A stretch of 63,995 nucleotides of DNA, the filler included, from Octopus bimaculoides (taxonomy: Eukaryota), in NCBI RefSeq assembly GCF_001194135.2. It is 6 parts of 6 records of this genome, joined end to end, with 100 filler letters (N's around TTAATTAATTAA, not from the genome) between each part and the next. Parts side by side here need not be neighbours in the genome. Positions count along the whole stretch, not along the records: positions 1 to 18,914 come from NC_068989.1; positions 19,015 to 33,726 come from NC_068986.1; 4 more parts are not named here. One strand, written 5' to 3'. Below, piece by piece: positions 11,071-24,043 of the stretch; the first letter of the stretch is position 1; each line of letters begins with the position of its first letter. The translations under genes and the position numbers were made by a program. The notes beneath the pieces were generated by a model. That model did no database searches. It was not told the DNA's origin and saw only the letters and a program-made list of their open reading frames with translations.

Positions 11071-12996
11071 ATGTTTGAATTCTTTTCTTTTGATGTGAAC
11101 TTGGGTTGGTTGAGTCTTTAAATTTATACATTTAAGGAATAGTTGCTGCTGGTATTTTTCTAACCAGGGGGACACTGCCTTCCCACGCAACCATAAATAT
11201 GTACAGAGTATATTGTTATACTTATTATTTTGACNNNNNNNNNNNNNNNNNNNNNNNNNNNNNNNNNNNNNNNNNNNNNNNNNNNNNNNNNNNNNNNNNN
11301 NNNNNNNNNNNNNNNNNNNNNNNNNNNNNNNNNNNNNNNGTGGGTGATGGGGGCTTTTGTTATTGCTTATTGTACTTAGACTGGATAATGTACTGATAGT
11401 GAATGAAGGTGGAGGATTTGTAGTGACAGATGAAACTGTATGATGTGTGTGTGTGTGTGTGTGTGTGTGTGATTGATAAAGTAAAAATTATGGTGTGTGT
11501 GTGAATAGATGGTAGGATGTGACTTGAGATATTTGGCTGTTATTTTTAGCAGTTCATGTAGAGGCTTCCTCATTGGCGTGTCTGTTTGTGTGTGTGTGTG
11601 TAAAAGAGAAAGATGTGTATGTGCAATGGTATTGTTGCTTGGTCCTGGATGTAGAGGACCTGCAGTGATTTGGCTGTTTGTAAGATGCTTTTGTGAAAGG
11701 CTCGAAAGCTATGGCAGGAACTTGAAAGACAGGTTGAATCTAGCTACCAGCCGATAACCCCTGGTAAAGTTGAAGGAGCCACATTAACCCCTGGTTAAAT
11801 CCACTTAGTGACAAGATAGCCATTAACTATTTAAAAAAAATCCCTATTGAATTCAATAATGTATGCATCAAGGCAAGCGCAATGATATGAAAATGTGATG
11901 TAACTAGACAAGACCTGCTTCAAAATAGTTGTGACCATTTTCAAAGAGTAAAGGGTAGAAAAGCACAGAGTTAATATAAAAAGTATAAATGACCCTACAC
12001 CATTTATTTCATGGTTTGACTGTCCAGGTATGGTTACGTGGTTTAAAATAGGTAAGAGATAAATCTCTCTCTCTCCTTAAGGACGGAATGTTGGGCTCGG
12101 TCAAATATTTGCTGTGTGTATCTGTTGTCTGGAACACACCCTGTGGAAATCTGTTCCCAACATTTCAAGGCAATCCCTCCAATGGACACTCCCCAGGGAG
12201 GTACATGCATGGCAGATGAAAAGCAACAGACTGTCAAGTGACTACACTCGGGAACAAGAACAATCCATTGCTGAAGATTGAGGTAAATGGAGATCTCTTG
12301 TTGGTTCCCTATGCTCCGTATGGTGTTTAAGGATTAAGAAATATTTTCTGTTCTTGAGAAGTGAACCCAACAAAGTACAGTCCAAGTACTTGCAAGAAAA
12401 TTGCTGTTATGGATTTGAACTCCAGCCCTTAAATCATTTCGTTTCTGTGAGGAATGTTTGGGTCATGACTTTTAAATTTTAAGATTGGTCAGAGTTGTTG
12501 GAAAGTTAAGAGCAAACTTCTCAGCATTTAACATTTGCATATCACATAGCACTTCCTTGGTGTGGAATGGCGTTGAATGGAGATTGACCCAACACTGGGT
12601 CATCTCTATCCTTATTAAACCTCATTATCAACATCATCTTCATCACCATGACTGACATGCATCATTGTCATCTAAAAGGAAAGCATCAAATTATTCACAA
12701 TTCCCTATTTTTCTTGTATTTTGAAGGGGAAAAAAATCTATGTAAAAAGGAGGGAAAATATATTTTCAATGCAAAAAGTATAAAAGCAAAGTATAAATGT
12801 GGAGTATCAGATTTTTTTCTTTTTTTACCCCTTTCCCTTGTCCCCTATCTGCTGCTACCATTACAAGTCAGGGTATATGGTGCCCTGACCCCTTGTACTT
12901 TTAAATAAAATTTAGTTCTATTTTATGTTGGCAGTGGTGGTGGTGGTGGGGGGGGGGTAGATCAGTTTACTTCTTCCTCATTATTCTACATGCATC

Positions 12997-13028
<32 letters not shown>

Positions 13029-14622
13029 GAAAGGCAACAGGGTGGAGACCCCCACTGAAAATAAAGCATGTAACATGTGTAGTTTGGTACTGTTACTGTT
13101 TATTGTTTTTTTTTTTATAAGTCAAAGGGGGTGGGGTGGATGAGATGAGGGGAAGGTTTGTGTATAATGGGTGTGTCACTTTTTGGAGTGGAGGATGCTG
13201 TGGTGTACATAGCATCTCCCTTGTTTTTCTCTTACACCACCACCACCACCATCACCATCCATCTTTCCATTTTGCCTCCCAACGTCTGCACCTCGCCATC
13301 AACCTGGGTGAAGAGGTGGCAACAGGGTGGGGTGAGGATTAGAAGGAGTCTTACAAAGCAGCTGTTTAGCTTTACTCATTTCTTAGAAGCAACAGCAATA
13401 AACTGTGGCCTGAACTGGTTGATGAGGGTGGGGGTTGGGGTGCAGACAGCAGAATGTACACACACACACACANNNNNNNNNNNNNNNNNNNNNNNNNNNN
13501 NNNNNNNNNNNNNNNNNNNNNNNNNNNNNNNNNNNNNNNNNNNNNNNNNNNNNNNNNNNNNNNNNNNNNNNNNNNNNNNNNNNNNNNNNNNNNNNNNNNN
13601 NNNNNNNNNNNNNNNNNNNNNNNNNNNNNNNNNNNNNNNNNNNNNNNNNNNNNNNNNNNNNNNNNNNNNNNNNNNNNNNNNNNNNNNNNNNNNNNNNNNN
13701 NNNNNNNNNNNNNNNNNNNNNNNNNNNNNNNNNNNNNNNNNNNNNNNNNNNNNNNNNNNNNNNNNNNNNNNNNNNNNNNNNNNNNNNNNNNNNNNNNNNN
13801 NNNNNNNNNNNNNNNNNNNNNNNNNNNNNNNNNNNNNNNNNNNNNNNNNNNNNNNNNNNNNNNNNNNNNNNNNNNNNNNNNNNNNNNNNNNNNNNNNNNN
13901 NNNNNNNNNNNNNNNNNNNNNNNNNNNNNNNNNNNNNNNNNNNNNNNNNNNNNNNNNNNNNNNNNNNNNNNNNNNNNNNNNNNNNNNNNNNNNNNNNNNN
14001 NNNNNNNNNNNNNNNNNNNNNNNNNNNNNNNNNNNNNNNNNNNNNNNNNNNNNNNNNNNNNNNNNNNNNNNNNNNNNNNNNNNNNNNNNNNNNNNNNNNN
14101 NNNNNNNNNNNNNNNNNNNNNNNNNNNNNNNNNNCGAAAAAGAAGTGGGTGAGTGTGGTGGAAGATAGGCAGATTCATCCATTGTGTATTAAATTGTGTT
14201 TGTGTGCCATGTGGCCATCACCATATCTCTTTCTTTCAACTCCACTCTCTCTCTTCTCTCTCTTTCCTTTTCTCTCATTCTGCTCCCCCCCCTCTTCCTA
14301 TCTAAACTAGTGCAGCCAATCTCAGCTGTTCCAATGCTTACTCACTGCTTCGCTGAACATCTTGTTAACAGGTTTGATTTTTTTTTTTCTCTGTTGGTTT
14401 ATATATGGTGTTGTTGTTGTTGTTGGTGGTGGTGGCAAAGTACAGGGAGAGTACTGTTGAATATGGATCACATTCAGCATCAACAAGCCGAATGGGGAGG
14501 AGAAAATAAAAAAAGAAGTAGAAGAAAGGAAATAGCTCATTAATGGCTTCTAAGACAAGGACCACCATCTCTCTTGATGTAGCATTTTGTAACCAATGAA
14601 TCATCAAACATATCAGAAGGTA

Positions 14623-14653
<31 letters not shown>

Positions 14654-14978
14654 GTCATCGTTTAATGTCCGTTTTCCATGCTGGCATGAGTTGGACGGTT
14701 TGACCGGTGACTAGCAAGCCAGGGGGCCACACCAGGCTCCAATCTGATCTGGCAGAGTTTCTACAGCTGGATGCCCTTCCTAATGCCAACCGCTCTGAGA
14801 GTGCAGTGGGTACTTTTTATGTGCCATTGGCATGGGAGCCAGTCAGGCGGTGCTTGCAATGACCACGTTCAGATGGTGCTTTTTACGTGCCACCGTTATG
14901 AGAGCCAGTCAAGTGGCACTGGCATCGGCCATGTTTGGATGGTGCTTTCTACGTGCCACCAGCACGGGCATCATCCAG
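14623..14978 (-). mobile_element. family D retroposon with (GAT)n tail and about 66-bp internal tandem units
   Basis: (CAT)n, then GTTTAATGTCCGTTTTCCATGCTGGCATG..TGGATGCCCTTCCTAATGCCAAC, then three GTGCTTTTTACGTGCCACC-type units. Confidence 0.8.
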
Positions 14979-15074
14979 TCAGGTGGCAACGATAGTAGTA
15001 GTAGTATGTTATAGTGTGTTGTTTAGCCCCAGGTCATCCTTGATTGAGAGGACCAACAATCAAAAGCATGCTGT

Positions 15075-15645
15075 TGTTCTCTGTCAACTGAAATACACCA
15101 TCAACATGTCTTAGCTACACTGTCCTGCATCATGTACTCTGTTCTCTATCATTCACACCAGTGGTTCTCAACTAGGGTCCTCAATGATCCTTGGGAGTCC
15201 CTATAAGATTTTGTCGTTCGAATTTATCTCCAATAAACTAGTTGTACTTTTACAATACACAAAGTATTTTAACAATTTTTCTTTATACAGCGCCTAATGA
15301 TATTTAATTATAAAACTATAATTGGATTTTTTTAAACATTGAATGGCTACCAGGGTTCATCTGAATGAAAACAGAATCAAAGAGGTCTATGGGTAAAAAA
15401 TGGGTTAAAAACTACTGATTTATATTGTCACATATCAAACTACACTGTCAGCTACAGTCACATATTAATGACACTGTCCTCTGTCATGTACTCTGTTCTC
15501 TATCAACTACATTGTCACAGGCCAAATATACACTGTCGTCTGTCATGTACTCTGTTCTCTATCAACTGCACTATCATATGTCAATGACACTGTCACCTCT
15601 CAAGTACATTCTCCATATACTGTCATACATACACTACACTGTCAG
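15075..15645. repeat. degenerate ~60-bp minisatellite interrupted by a hAT MITE
   Basis: ACACTGTC.TCTGTCATGTACTCTGTTCTCTATCA recurs near 15116, 15472 and 15529. Confidence 0.8.
15159..15417. mobile_element. hAT MITE
   Basis: CAGTGGTTCTCAAC ... GTTAAAAACTACTG termini. The flanks ATTCACAC and ATTTATAT differ only by C/T transitions, consistent with a decayed 8-bp TSD. Confidence 0.7.
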
Positions 15646-15649
15646 GGAG

Positions 15650-15915
15650 TGGTGGCGACCCCTGCTGTACTCTTTCACCATAACTTTCTCTCACTCTTTC
15701 TTCCTATTTCTGTTGTGCCTGTAATTCAAAGAGCCAGCCTTGTCACTCTCTGTGTCACGCTGAATCTCCCCCCCCCCCACCTGAGAACTACGTTAAGGGT
15801 ACCACGTGTCTGTGGAGTGCTCAGCCACTTGCACGTTACTTTCTCAAGCAGGCTGTTCCATTGATAGGATTGACTGGAACCCTTGTTGTTGTAACTGACG
15901 GAGTGCCACGACGAC
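15650..15915 (+). mobile_element. interspersed retroposon, working family E
   Basis: GC-richer block ending GTAACTGACGGAGTGCCAC followed by a short (GAC)n tail. I recall it as a common octopus repeat but have not verified that. Confidence 0.55.
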
Positions 15916-16007
15916 GACTGGCACACACACTTTTCCTCTCCACACATTCTTGTCAGTGTGTGTGCATGTGTTCATTCAGGTGGGTGATCTTTGTGCATCC
16001 CTTATAA

Positions 16008-16306
16008 CGGTGCTTCTCAAACTATCTGATGTGGCATACTGGCAGTTTTTTTTTTTTTTGTCAATGTGCCAGGAACTGGTAATATTTCTTAGTAATATTA
16101 ATTTATACCAGAAACAATTTATATAATGGATATAATAAAAGTTGACATTTTAAAAATCTTATATTTATTTTGTAAACAAACAACACAATATTACATAAGC
16201 ATTTTATAATGTTTCTTTCTTTTCTGGAAACTTGCTGCATACCGGCAGCTGATGGATGGCTCACAGACCAGCACCGGTCCACAGACCACCACTTTGTGCA
16301 GCACTG
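16008..16306. mobile_element. hAT (Charlie-like) MITE
   Basis: CGGTGCTTCTCAAAC ... CTTTGTGCAGCACTG termini. TSD CCTTATAA/CCTTATAG matches at 7/8. Confidence 0.85.
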
Positions 16307-17054
16307 CCTTATAGCAATTGTGCACCATTAGACTTGGTGGAGGTAAAATCAGCTGATATTACATTGCAAATTTCAGATCACGTTTTTTGTTGGTAAGTTA
16401 TCCCTTGCCATTGCTGCCCCTTTACAAACTACCCTTAAAAATCACATTAATACATTAACAAGCCGTTCTCCTCTTTCTCTATCCTAGCAGGGGAGTTATA
16501 TTTTGCAGTCCTTTATATGATGTCCTCCAGATCAGTTACAGACCACTTGTGGATATTTATTTGTGGATTATGGTCCTTTGTACTTTGGACATAAAATGGG
16601 TTTAATATCTGGGCCCCAATATGGCTGGTTTAAATAAATGCTAAAGGGTGATGACTGTATGCTGTTTGTGATGATGATAATGATGCTGATGTCAAAGAGA
16701 ATGATTAATTTTACACGGCTCTCCTTATAGCTATCGTTGTTCCCTATTCTATGGATTGCCTAGAAGAAAAGAAAAGCAAAAATAAACTGGGGGCACTGTC
16801 CCTTCCCTGTTACATTTCTTCCTTTGGTTAATGAAAGAAAAGAAAGGAAAAAATTACATGCTAATTTACTGTTCTTTTTTCTTCAAACGCACACACACGA
16901 GCAAATGTGTTGTATGCATGCACTTGTACATCATAATCATCATTTCCCTTGACCCCCCCCTCTCCTCACCACCCTGATACCCCACCTTCCCTCCATCTGT
17001 TCCATTCACCTGGCAGGCTAACACAAACTGTTGCCGCTACCAGCACACTGTACA

Positions 17055-17068
17055 GTTGTCATGGTAAC
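17055..17068. promoter_or_regulatory. candidate RFX X-box
   Basis: GTTGTCATGGTAAC fits RTHNYYWTRRNRAC exactly and lies in non-repeat DNA. Confidence 0.35.
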
Positions 17069-17306
17069 AGATGTGAGTGGTCCTGCAGTCCACGTCTAAT
17101 TAACTGTAGTAAAATAAAAAAATAAATAAATAAAATTAAAAAATAAAAAAGTAAACAAAAATGAAATGAAAGCAAAAATAAAAACTTGAAAAGCAAAGAG
17201 AATCAATCATCAGTTTGATGATGATGATGATGATGTTGGTTATAATTAATTTGATGACATGGAGTTTTTTTTTACACATTGTGTGCTCGTTATGTTTGTG
17301 AGTGTG

Positions 17307-17365
<59 letters not shown>

Positions 17366-17562
17366 TGAATATTGTTTTTCTAATCTACCTTATACCAGCT
17401 CAAATTAGCTAGTAGTAATAGTGGTGGTGGCGGTGATGGCAGCACCAGCAGCTGATGGTGGTGATGGTGGTGATGGTGGTGGTGATATTTCGNNNNNNNN
17501 NNNNNNNNNNNNNNNNNNNNNNNNNNNNNNNNNNNNNNNTGCTCGTTATGTTTGTGAGTGTG

Positions 17563-17621
<59 letters not shown>

Positions 17622-18119
17622 TGAATATTGTTTTTCTAATCTACCTTATACCAGCTCAAATTAGCTAGTAGTAATAGTGGTGGTGGCGGTGATGGCAGCA
17701 CCAGCAGCTGATGGTGGTGATGGTGGTGATGGTGGTGGTGATATTTCGTGTGCACCTCAGTAGAATTGTTGCCTTCAACAAATGGCCTGCTCGACCTAAG
17801 TAAAAACATAAACGCAAGGCAATGTAATGTGGTACAAATCTTTGACAGCCTCCAAACAGCAGGTACCCCTCTATAAAGCGGTGAGTGTTTCATTTTGTAA
17901 TTAGTAAAAGCTCTGGACGAAATATTTTGCTACATTTAGTTGTGTCTTTCTTACATTCTCGGTTCAAACCCTGCCAAAGAGGGAACCAAACTTTACGTTC
18001 TGTTTCTTGAAGGTTAATGAAAGTTATTTGTAATGTAAAGGGGTTGAGGCTTGCTTTTGTAGTCCTCAAATTTTTTGCCCCTCCCCTCCAATTACTAATG
18101 GAACGACAAAACAAATTTA

Positions 18120-18480
18120 TCTTTTACTTGTTTCAGTCATTGGATTGTGGCCATGCTGGGGCACCGCTATGAAGGATTTCGTCAACCAGATGAGCCCCAG
18201 TACTTATTTGTTTAATACTTATTTTGTCTGTCTCACTTTACTGAATCACTACATTATGAGGACATAAACAAACAAACACCCACTGTTAAGTGGTGGTGGA
18301 GGGACAAACAAATACAGATGTGCACTTGCGTACACACACACACGTGATGGCTTTCTTTCAGTTTCCATCTACCACATTCATTCACAAGGCTTTGGTTGGC
18401 CCAGTGATATAGTTCACGACACTTGCCCAAGGTACCACACAGTAGGACTGAACCTAGAACTATGTGATTTGGAACCAAAC
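18120..18480 (-). mobile_element. family B SINE
   Basis: Runs from CTTTTACTTGTTTCAGTCATTGG through CCCAAGGTACCACACAGTAGGACTGAACC. Confidence 0.85.
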
Positions 18481-18717
18481 CTCATGCCACATAGCCTCCA
18501 CCAGTGCCTATAGATTCTGTCCCTACAATTCTTCTGTTTGCATTTTGGTTTTGGATGAAAATAAAAAGTTGAAAACAATCACAGTTTTGTTAAACATAAG
18601 TGCAGGAGTGGCTGTGTGGTAAGAAGTTTGCTTCACAACCATTTGGTTCCAGGTTCAATCCTACTCTATGGCATCTATATATATACATATATATATATAT
18701 ATATNNNNNNNNNNCCC

Positions 18718-18880
18718 TTCCTAACGTCAACCACTCCGAGAGTGTAGTGGGTGCTTTTACATGCTACTGGCACGAGGGCCAGTCAGGTGGTTCTGCCAAT
18801 GACCATGCTCAAAAGGTGTTTTTTACGTGCTACCTGCACGGGAGCCAGTCAGGTGGCACTGGTAACGACCACGTTCGAAT
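18718..18880 (-). mobile_element. family D retroposon fragment
   Basis: CCCTTCCTAACGTCAACCACTCCGAGAGTGTAGTGGGTGC plus two of the ~66-bp units. Confidence 0.8.
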
Positions 18881-18881
18881 T

Positions 18882-18914
<33 letters not shown>

Positions 18915-19014
18915 NNNNNNNNNNNNNNNNNNNNNNNNNNNNNNNNNNNNNNNNNNNNTTAATTAATTAANNNNNNNNNNNNNNNNNNNNNNNNNNNNNN
19001 NNNNNNNNNNNNNN
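18915..19014. other. artificial scaffold linker
   Basis: 44 N + TTAATTAATTAA (stops in all six frames) + 44 N. Confidence 0.95.
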
Positions 19015-19048
<34 letters not shown>

Positions 19049-19308
19049 ACGCACACACATACATGCACACTCTAATATTTCGTTTAATATCCTACTTCCG
19101 ATCGGTTATATAATTGAAAAAATATATATAGATTTTTTGTTTTTGGTATAATTTTTGTGGTTAATTTAAATGTTTTTATTATATGGCTCTGTAATGTTTA
19201 TATTCTAGTTTTTATTTTTTTATTTGTTTTGTTTTATCCCTTATGTAAAATGACACACATATATACATATACACTCATAAGTAGACAACCATAAATTTGC
19301 TTTAATTC

Positions 19309-19356
<48 letters not shown>

Positions 19357-19847
19357 GGAGGTAGGTAGGTAGGTAGGTAGGTAGGTAGGTAGGTAGGTAG
19401 ATATGAGGATTCATAAAAAGGAAGACGCATCAACTCGCAGGACGCCAGAAATGGTTATGTCTGATAACACAGAGCTCACAGTAAAATAAACAATATTGAG
19501 GACATCAAATGTTGTTAGGATACTGTAGATATTCGACTACCAAGTTCCATTTAAACGGTAGATCCAACTCACGGCTTTAGTCCTTGGTGTGACGTCGATA
19601 TAAAAATTAAACATAAATGGCGTTTAAAATTATGTTAACTGTTACCGTAGAATTTTATTTAATGCGGTCATAAAAGATTACATCATAATATATAATCCAC
19701 CACGTCAGATAAAATTTTAAACAGGTAAGCTTTTAAACATTGACCCGGACATAGCCAAAATTAGCTGGAATATGACTACATTAAATAAACAAAATTCTTC
19801 TTAAACAGATGTCGTAAATTCTAAACGCCATTTGTATTTACTTTATG

Positions 19848-19895
<48 letters not shown>

Positions 19896-20993
19896 NNNNN
19901 NNNNNNNNNNNNNNNNNNNNNNNNNNNNNNNNNNNNNNNNNNNNNNNNNNNNNNNNNNNNNNNNNNNNNNNNNNNNNNNNNNNNNNNNNNNNNNNNNNNN
20001 NNNNNNNNNNNNNNNNNNNNNNNNNNNNNNNNNNNNNNNNNNNNNNNNNNNNNNNNNNNNNNNNNNNNNNNNNNNNNNNNNNNNNNNNNNNNNNNNNNNN
20101 NNNNNNNNNNNNNNNNNNNNNNNNNNNNNNNNNNNNNNNNNNNNNNNNNNNNNNNNNNNNNNNNNNNNNNNNNNNNNNNNNNNNNNNNNNNNNNNNNNNN
20201 NNNNNNNNNNNNNNNNNNNNNNNNNNNNNNNNNNNNNNNNNNNNNNNNNNNNNNNNNNNNNNNNNNNNNNNNNNNNNNNNNNNNNNNNNNNNNNNNNNNN
20301 NNNNNNNNNNNNNNNNNNNNNNNNNNNNNNNNNNNNNNNNNNNNNNNNNNNNNNNNNNNNNNNNNNNNNNNNNNNNNNNNNNNNNNNNNNNNNNNNNNNN
20401 NNNNNNNNNNNNNNNNNNNNNNNNNNNNNNNNNNNNNNNNNNNNNNNNNNNNNNNNNNNNNNNNNNNNNNNNNNNNNNNNNNNNNNNNNNNNNNNNNNNN
20501 NNNNNNNNNNNNNNNNNNNNNNNNGGATTCAATATAGCAGACTGAATGATACGGTTTATGATTTATATTGTTATATGTTCGTGCGAGGAGTTTACAGGTT
20601 GATTGGAGGTAAGATAGAATAGGTTAATAGAATTAGGACAATAAATAAATAAATTAAATAGAGACGGTAGAGGAAATTTAAATATAAATATAAATATGGT
20701 AATTTTATAGTTAAAAGAATGAAATATTTGTTTATAAATAAAGTTATGAAAATGTGTATGTATGCATGTACGCACGTATACAGATACACACATACATATT
20801 TGCATCCGTACGTCCATATATATATACACAGACATACGCATATACTCACACATATACATGCATTTACACGTACACACATATCCACGCATGTATGTATATA
20901 CGTATATCTATACATACACATGCGCGAATACATTAATACGTATGCACACTCACATATACATATATGTATATATATGTTTGCACTTTTTACCCA

Positions 20994-21048
<55 letters not shown>

Positions 21049-21248
21049 NNNNNNNNNNNNNNNNNNNNNNNNNNNNNNNNNNNNNNNNNNNNNNNNNNNN
21101 NNNNNNNNNNNNNNNNNNNNNNNATGCGCATATGTGTGTACGTGTACGTATGTATATAATTTTCGGTTGACGAATTCTAGACCCCAATTATAATCCGAAG
21201 TTTTAGATTAAAAAAAGTGAAGCTCAACAGTAAAAGAATTCTTTTGGG

Positions 21249-21700
21249 TTTCCCGCCAAACCAAGTTAGTAAAATATATTAGAAATACTTAACATTCATA
21301 GGATTTCATATAAATAAAGTTGTTGATGTCATTTCCGTTCTCATTTTCGGTTAGAATTTCAGTAGTTGCTAATTTGTAATGTCAACTAAGTCAAATATAT
21401 TCAAGTTATTTTTACCATTTCAGTTAATGAAAAACTATCGATGTTCAGATTCCGATGAAATTTCATCTTTATTTTTAATTGTGTAAAATAATGGATCTAT
21501 TCATTCTGAATATTTGATCGTGAATATCTGATCACTTGTTTTTCGTCGACGGAGGATACCCCCTCCTCCTTCTCCTCCTCCTTTTCGACGTTTTGTGTTC
21601 ATAACACACATGATTCACTGATTGGCCAAGCATCGTCTAAAGGGAGGTGATCTCCGGTGATGAGAAACAACAGCGATCAGATATTCACATTCCAATCAGC
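21249..21700. promoter_or_regulatory. possible promoter region (E2F site and two CCAAT boxes)
   Basis: TTTCCCGCCAAA at 21249-21260, TGATTGG at 21619 and CCAATCA at 21692, with local CpG enrichment. Confidence 0.3.
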
Positions 21701-22429
21701 AAGAACGTATTAAGAATGCATAGAGACCTTATTGTTTAGATTCTCGCTGTTCTGCATGCACCTCATAAATTATTAATTGCATAATAAACATTCTTCAATA
21801 AATTAACCAAAATTTCAGATAAAACAATTTTTAAAATCGAATTGTTTTGTACCAAGACGTGAATGAATACTAATTTGTCGTTTTCCATTGGAGAGTTGGA
21901 CAGAATACCTTGTGTCTTTTGTTCCGGCTCTTTGTGCTCTGAATTTACATCCAGCCGAAGTCACTTTTGCTTTCGCTCTTAATGAGTCTATAAAATAAGA
22001 CCCCCGTCTAATGTGGCAATCGGTTTAGTCGAGTCACACCTCTTCCTAGATCTGTGATTTTTGTGTCAATGTTAAGTAAAAATATTAGTGATTAGATCAG
22101 GCTGTAACTAAATGACACAAATCTAGAGCCGCCGTCGGTCGGGGTTGACCAAATATTTGTTCATGTAATGTGCAGGCATGGGCAAGCTGTTCGTAGAAGA
22201 ATGGCAGTTGGCCATATATATATAAATTTCAACTCTCAACCCAACCGATGTTATCTAAGAAAATGGCCACGTTCTTAGGGTTGCTGCAGCTTGGCACCAG
22301 TGCCGTCGCAGGTGTTGCTTTTAGAATACAAAAGGCCAGATGACACAAGGAAAGGATCAAATACCATAGTTCCATTGATTCCCCACCTCAGTTTTGTAAA
22401 TTTTTATCGATCCCGGAAGTAAGCGCGTG

Positions 22430-22530
22430 ACCTAGTTAGATTATTGCATTCACGATCTCAAGCGGTGTGTTGTGTTCTAAAATGAAATTCTTCATTTCAC
22501 GTTGCTCCAGTGCATTCACCTGTAAAGAAG
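22430..22530 (+). mobile_element. CORE-type SINE fragment, family C
   Basis: GTTGTGTTCT..TTCACGTTGCTCCAGTGCATTCACCTGTAAA matches 60465-60525. Confidence 0.65.
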
Positions 22531-22671
22531 TTCCAACCATAATTGAAAGGTTATCTCTGCGACGAACCGGCATCCGGCTGAGATAGGAATGTTGTAATCT
22601 CGGTTATTTATACACCAAGGAAATCCGGTTAAGTTTCAAGTTAAGTTTCGACTTAATGAGTCCTAAATTTC

Positions 22672-22736
22672 TTGATCTCCAGCGTAAGAAGCTGTGCAAA
22701 GGCAATAATGATAATAATAATAATAATAATAATAAT
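22672..22736 (+). mobile_element. R4/Dong-type 3' UTR end with (AAT)n
   Basis: ATCTCCAGCGTAAGAAGCTGTGCAAAGGCAATAAT is nearly identical to 4835-4869. Confidence 0.7.
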
Positions 22737-22739
22737 GGT

Positions 22740-22995
22740 TTGAAGGGCAACAATTTGGTGGGGAGGGGATGAGCTGATTACATCGATCCCGTTACTTAAT
22801 TTATCAACCCCCGAAAGGATAATTTTTACTAAAGTCACAAGGCCAGAAATTTTAGAGAAAAAGGATTAGTTGATTTTATCGACCCAGAAAGAATGAAGGG
22901 CAAAGTTGCTCTCGGCGGAATTTGAACTCAGAACATAAAGAGTGTCGAAATGCCGCGAAACATTTTGTCCAGCGTGGTAACGGCTCTGCCATCTC
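22740..22995 (-). mobile_element. family A SINE fragments
   Basis: Two overlapping decayed pieces containing CTCGGCGGAATTTGAACTCAGAAC. Confidence 0.75.
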
Positions 22996-23289
22996 TCCGA
23001 TGATGAGACAGATGAATAATGAATAAATAAAACGAAACATAACATGGACAAGGGTGAACAGGAGTAAATTATGTAGACACAAATCATGTATAAATGATTT
23101 ACTATTAAAACAAAATCCAGTTGTATTTTTGTTGTAATAAATAATCCAAACATATATAACCGACTAAGACTATTGTCGGGTCAGTTAACTGCATACATTG
23201 GGTAATTGTTGGAGAGTTTTAATCACTGAGGCTTTACAGTTGAGTGGAATCGACTCTGTGTGTATGTATGCACACACATATATGTACAA

Positions 23290-23322
<33 letters not shown>

Positions 23323-24043
23323 TGATTCTGTTACTATCATTTTAAAATTATGATAATAGCAGAGTCAACGGTATTTTCGCAAATTATTTTCGTGAATTAT
23401 TTTTTTTTTTCTCGTGAGTTATTTGCTCCGAATTGAAATATNNNNNNNNNNNNNNNNNNNNNNNNNNNNNNNNNNNNNNNNNNNNNNNNNNNNNNNNNNN
23501 NNNNNNNNNNNNNNNNNNNNNNNNNNNNNNNNNNNNNNNNNNNNNNNNNNNNNNNNNNNNNNNNNNNNNNNNNNNNNNNNNNNNNNNNNNNNNNNNNNNN
23601 NNNNNNNNNNNNNNNNGCAATGGATGTACTCAGGACTTCAAAGTCATGTCGACAGTCTCAGGGGAAGAAATATTAATCATTAAATAAAGCAGTCATACGA
23701 AGCCTTATGAATGGCTAGAAAAGAGCAATCGGCAAACCCAAATATATATATATATATATATACACATACAGCTATAAATACATATCCATATATACATACA
23801 TACTCACAAACACATATATGTACTTATATAAATCCATATATGTTTACGAGGATGTTCACATGACTGGAGTTAGAAACCAACGTACACGCACACATATGCA
23901 TACACACACACACACACACACGCACACACACATACATACACACACAAACACGCGCCAAGAATATTGCTGAAATATTCCCATCAAACTTCTATTAAATGTT
24001 GATTTATTGTACCCATCCTGTGTGTTTTAGACAGAAAATAAAT

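Noticed and set aside
13158-14310. Long ORFs of 200-424 aa spanning N runs, also at 19832, 25311, 27212, 53091, 54320 and 58726
   Set aside because: Their length comes from assembly gaps translated as X.
17285-17748. Perfect ~208-bp direct duplication
   Set aside because: Identical copies flank an N gap, which is typical of an unmerged contig overlap.
23618-23720. QWMYSGLQSHV, a possible R4-like remnant
   Set aside because: Too short and truncated by a gap to support a call.
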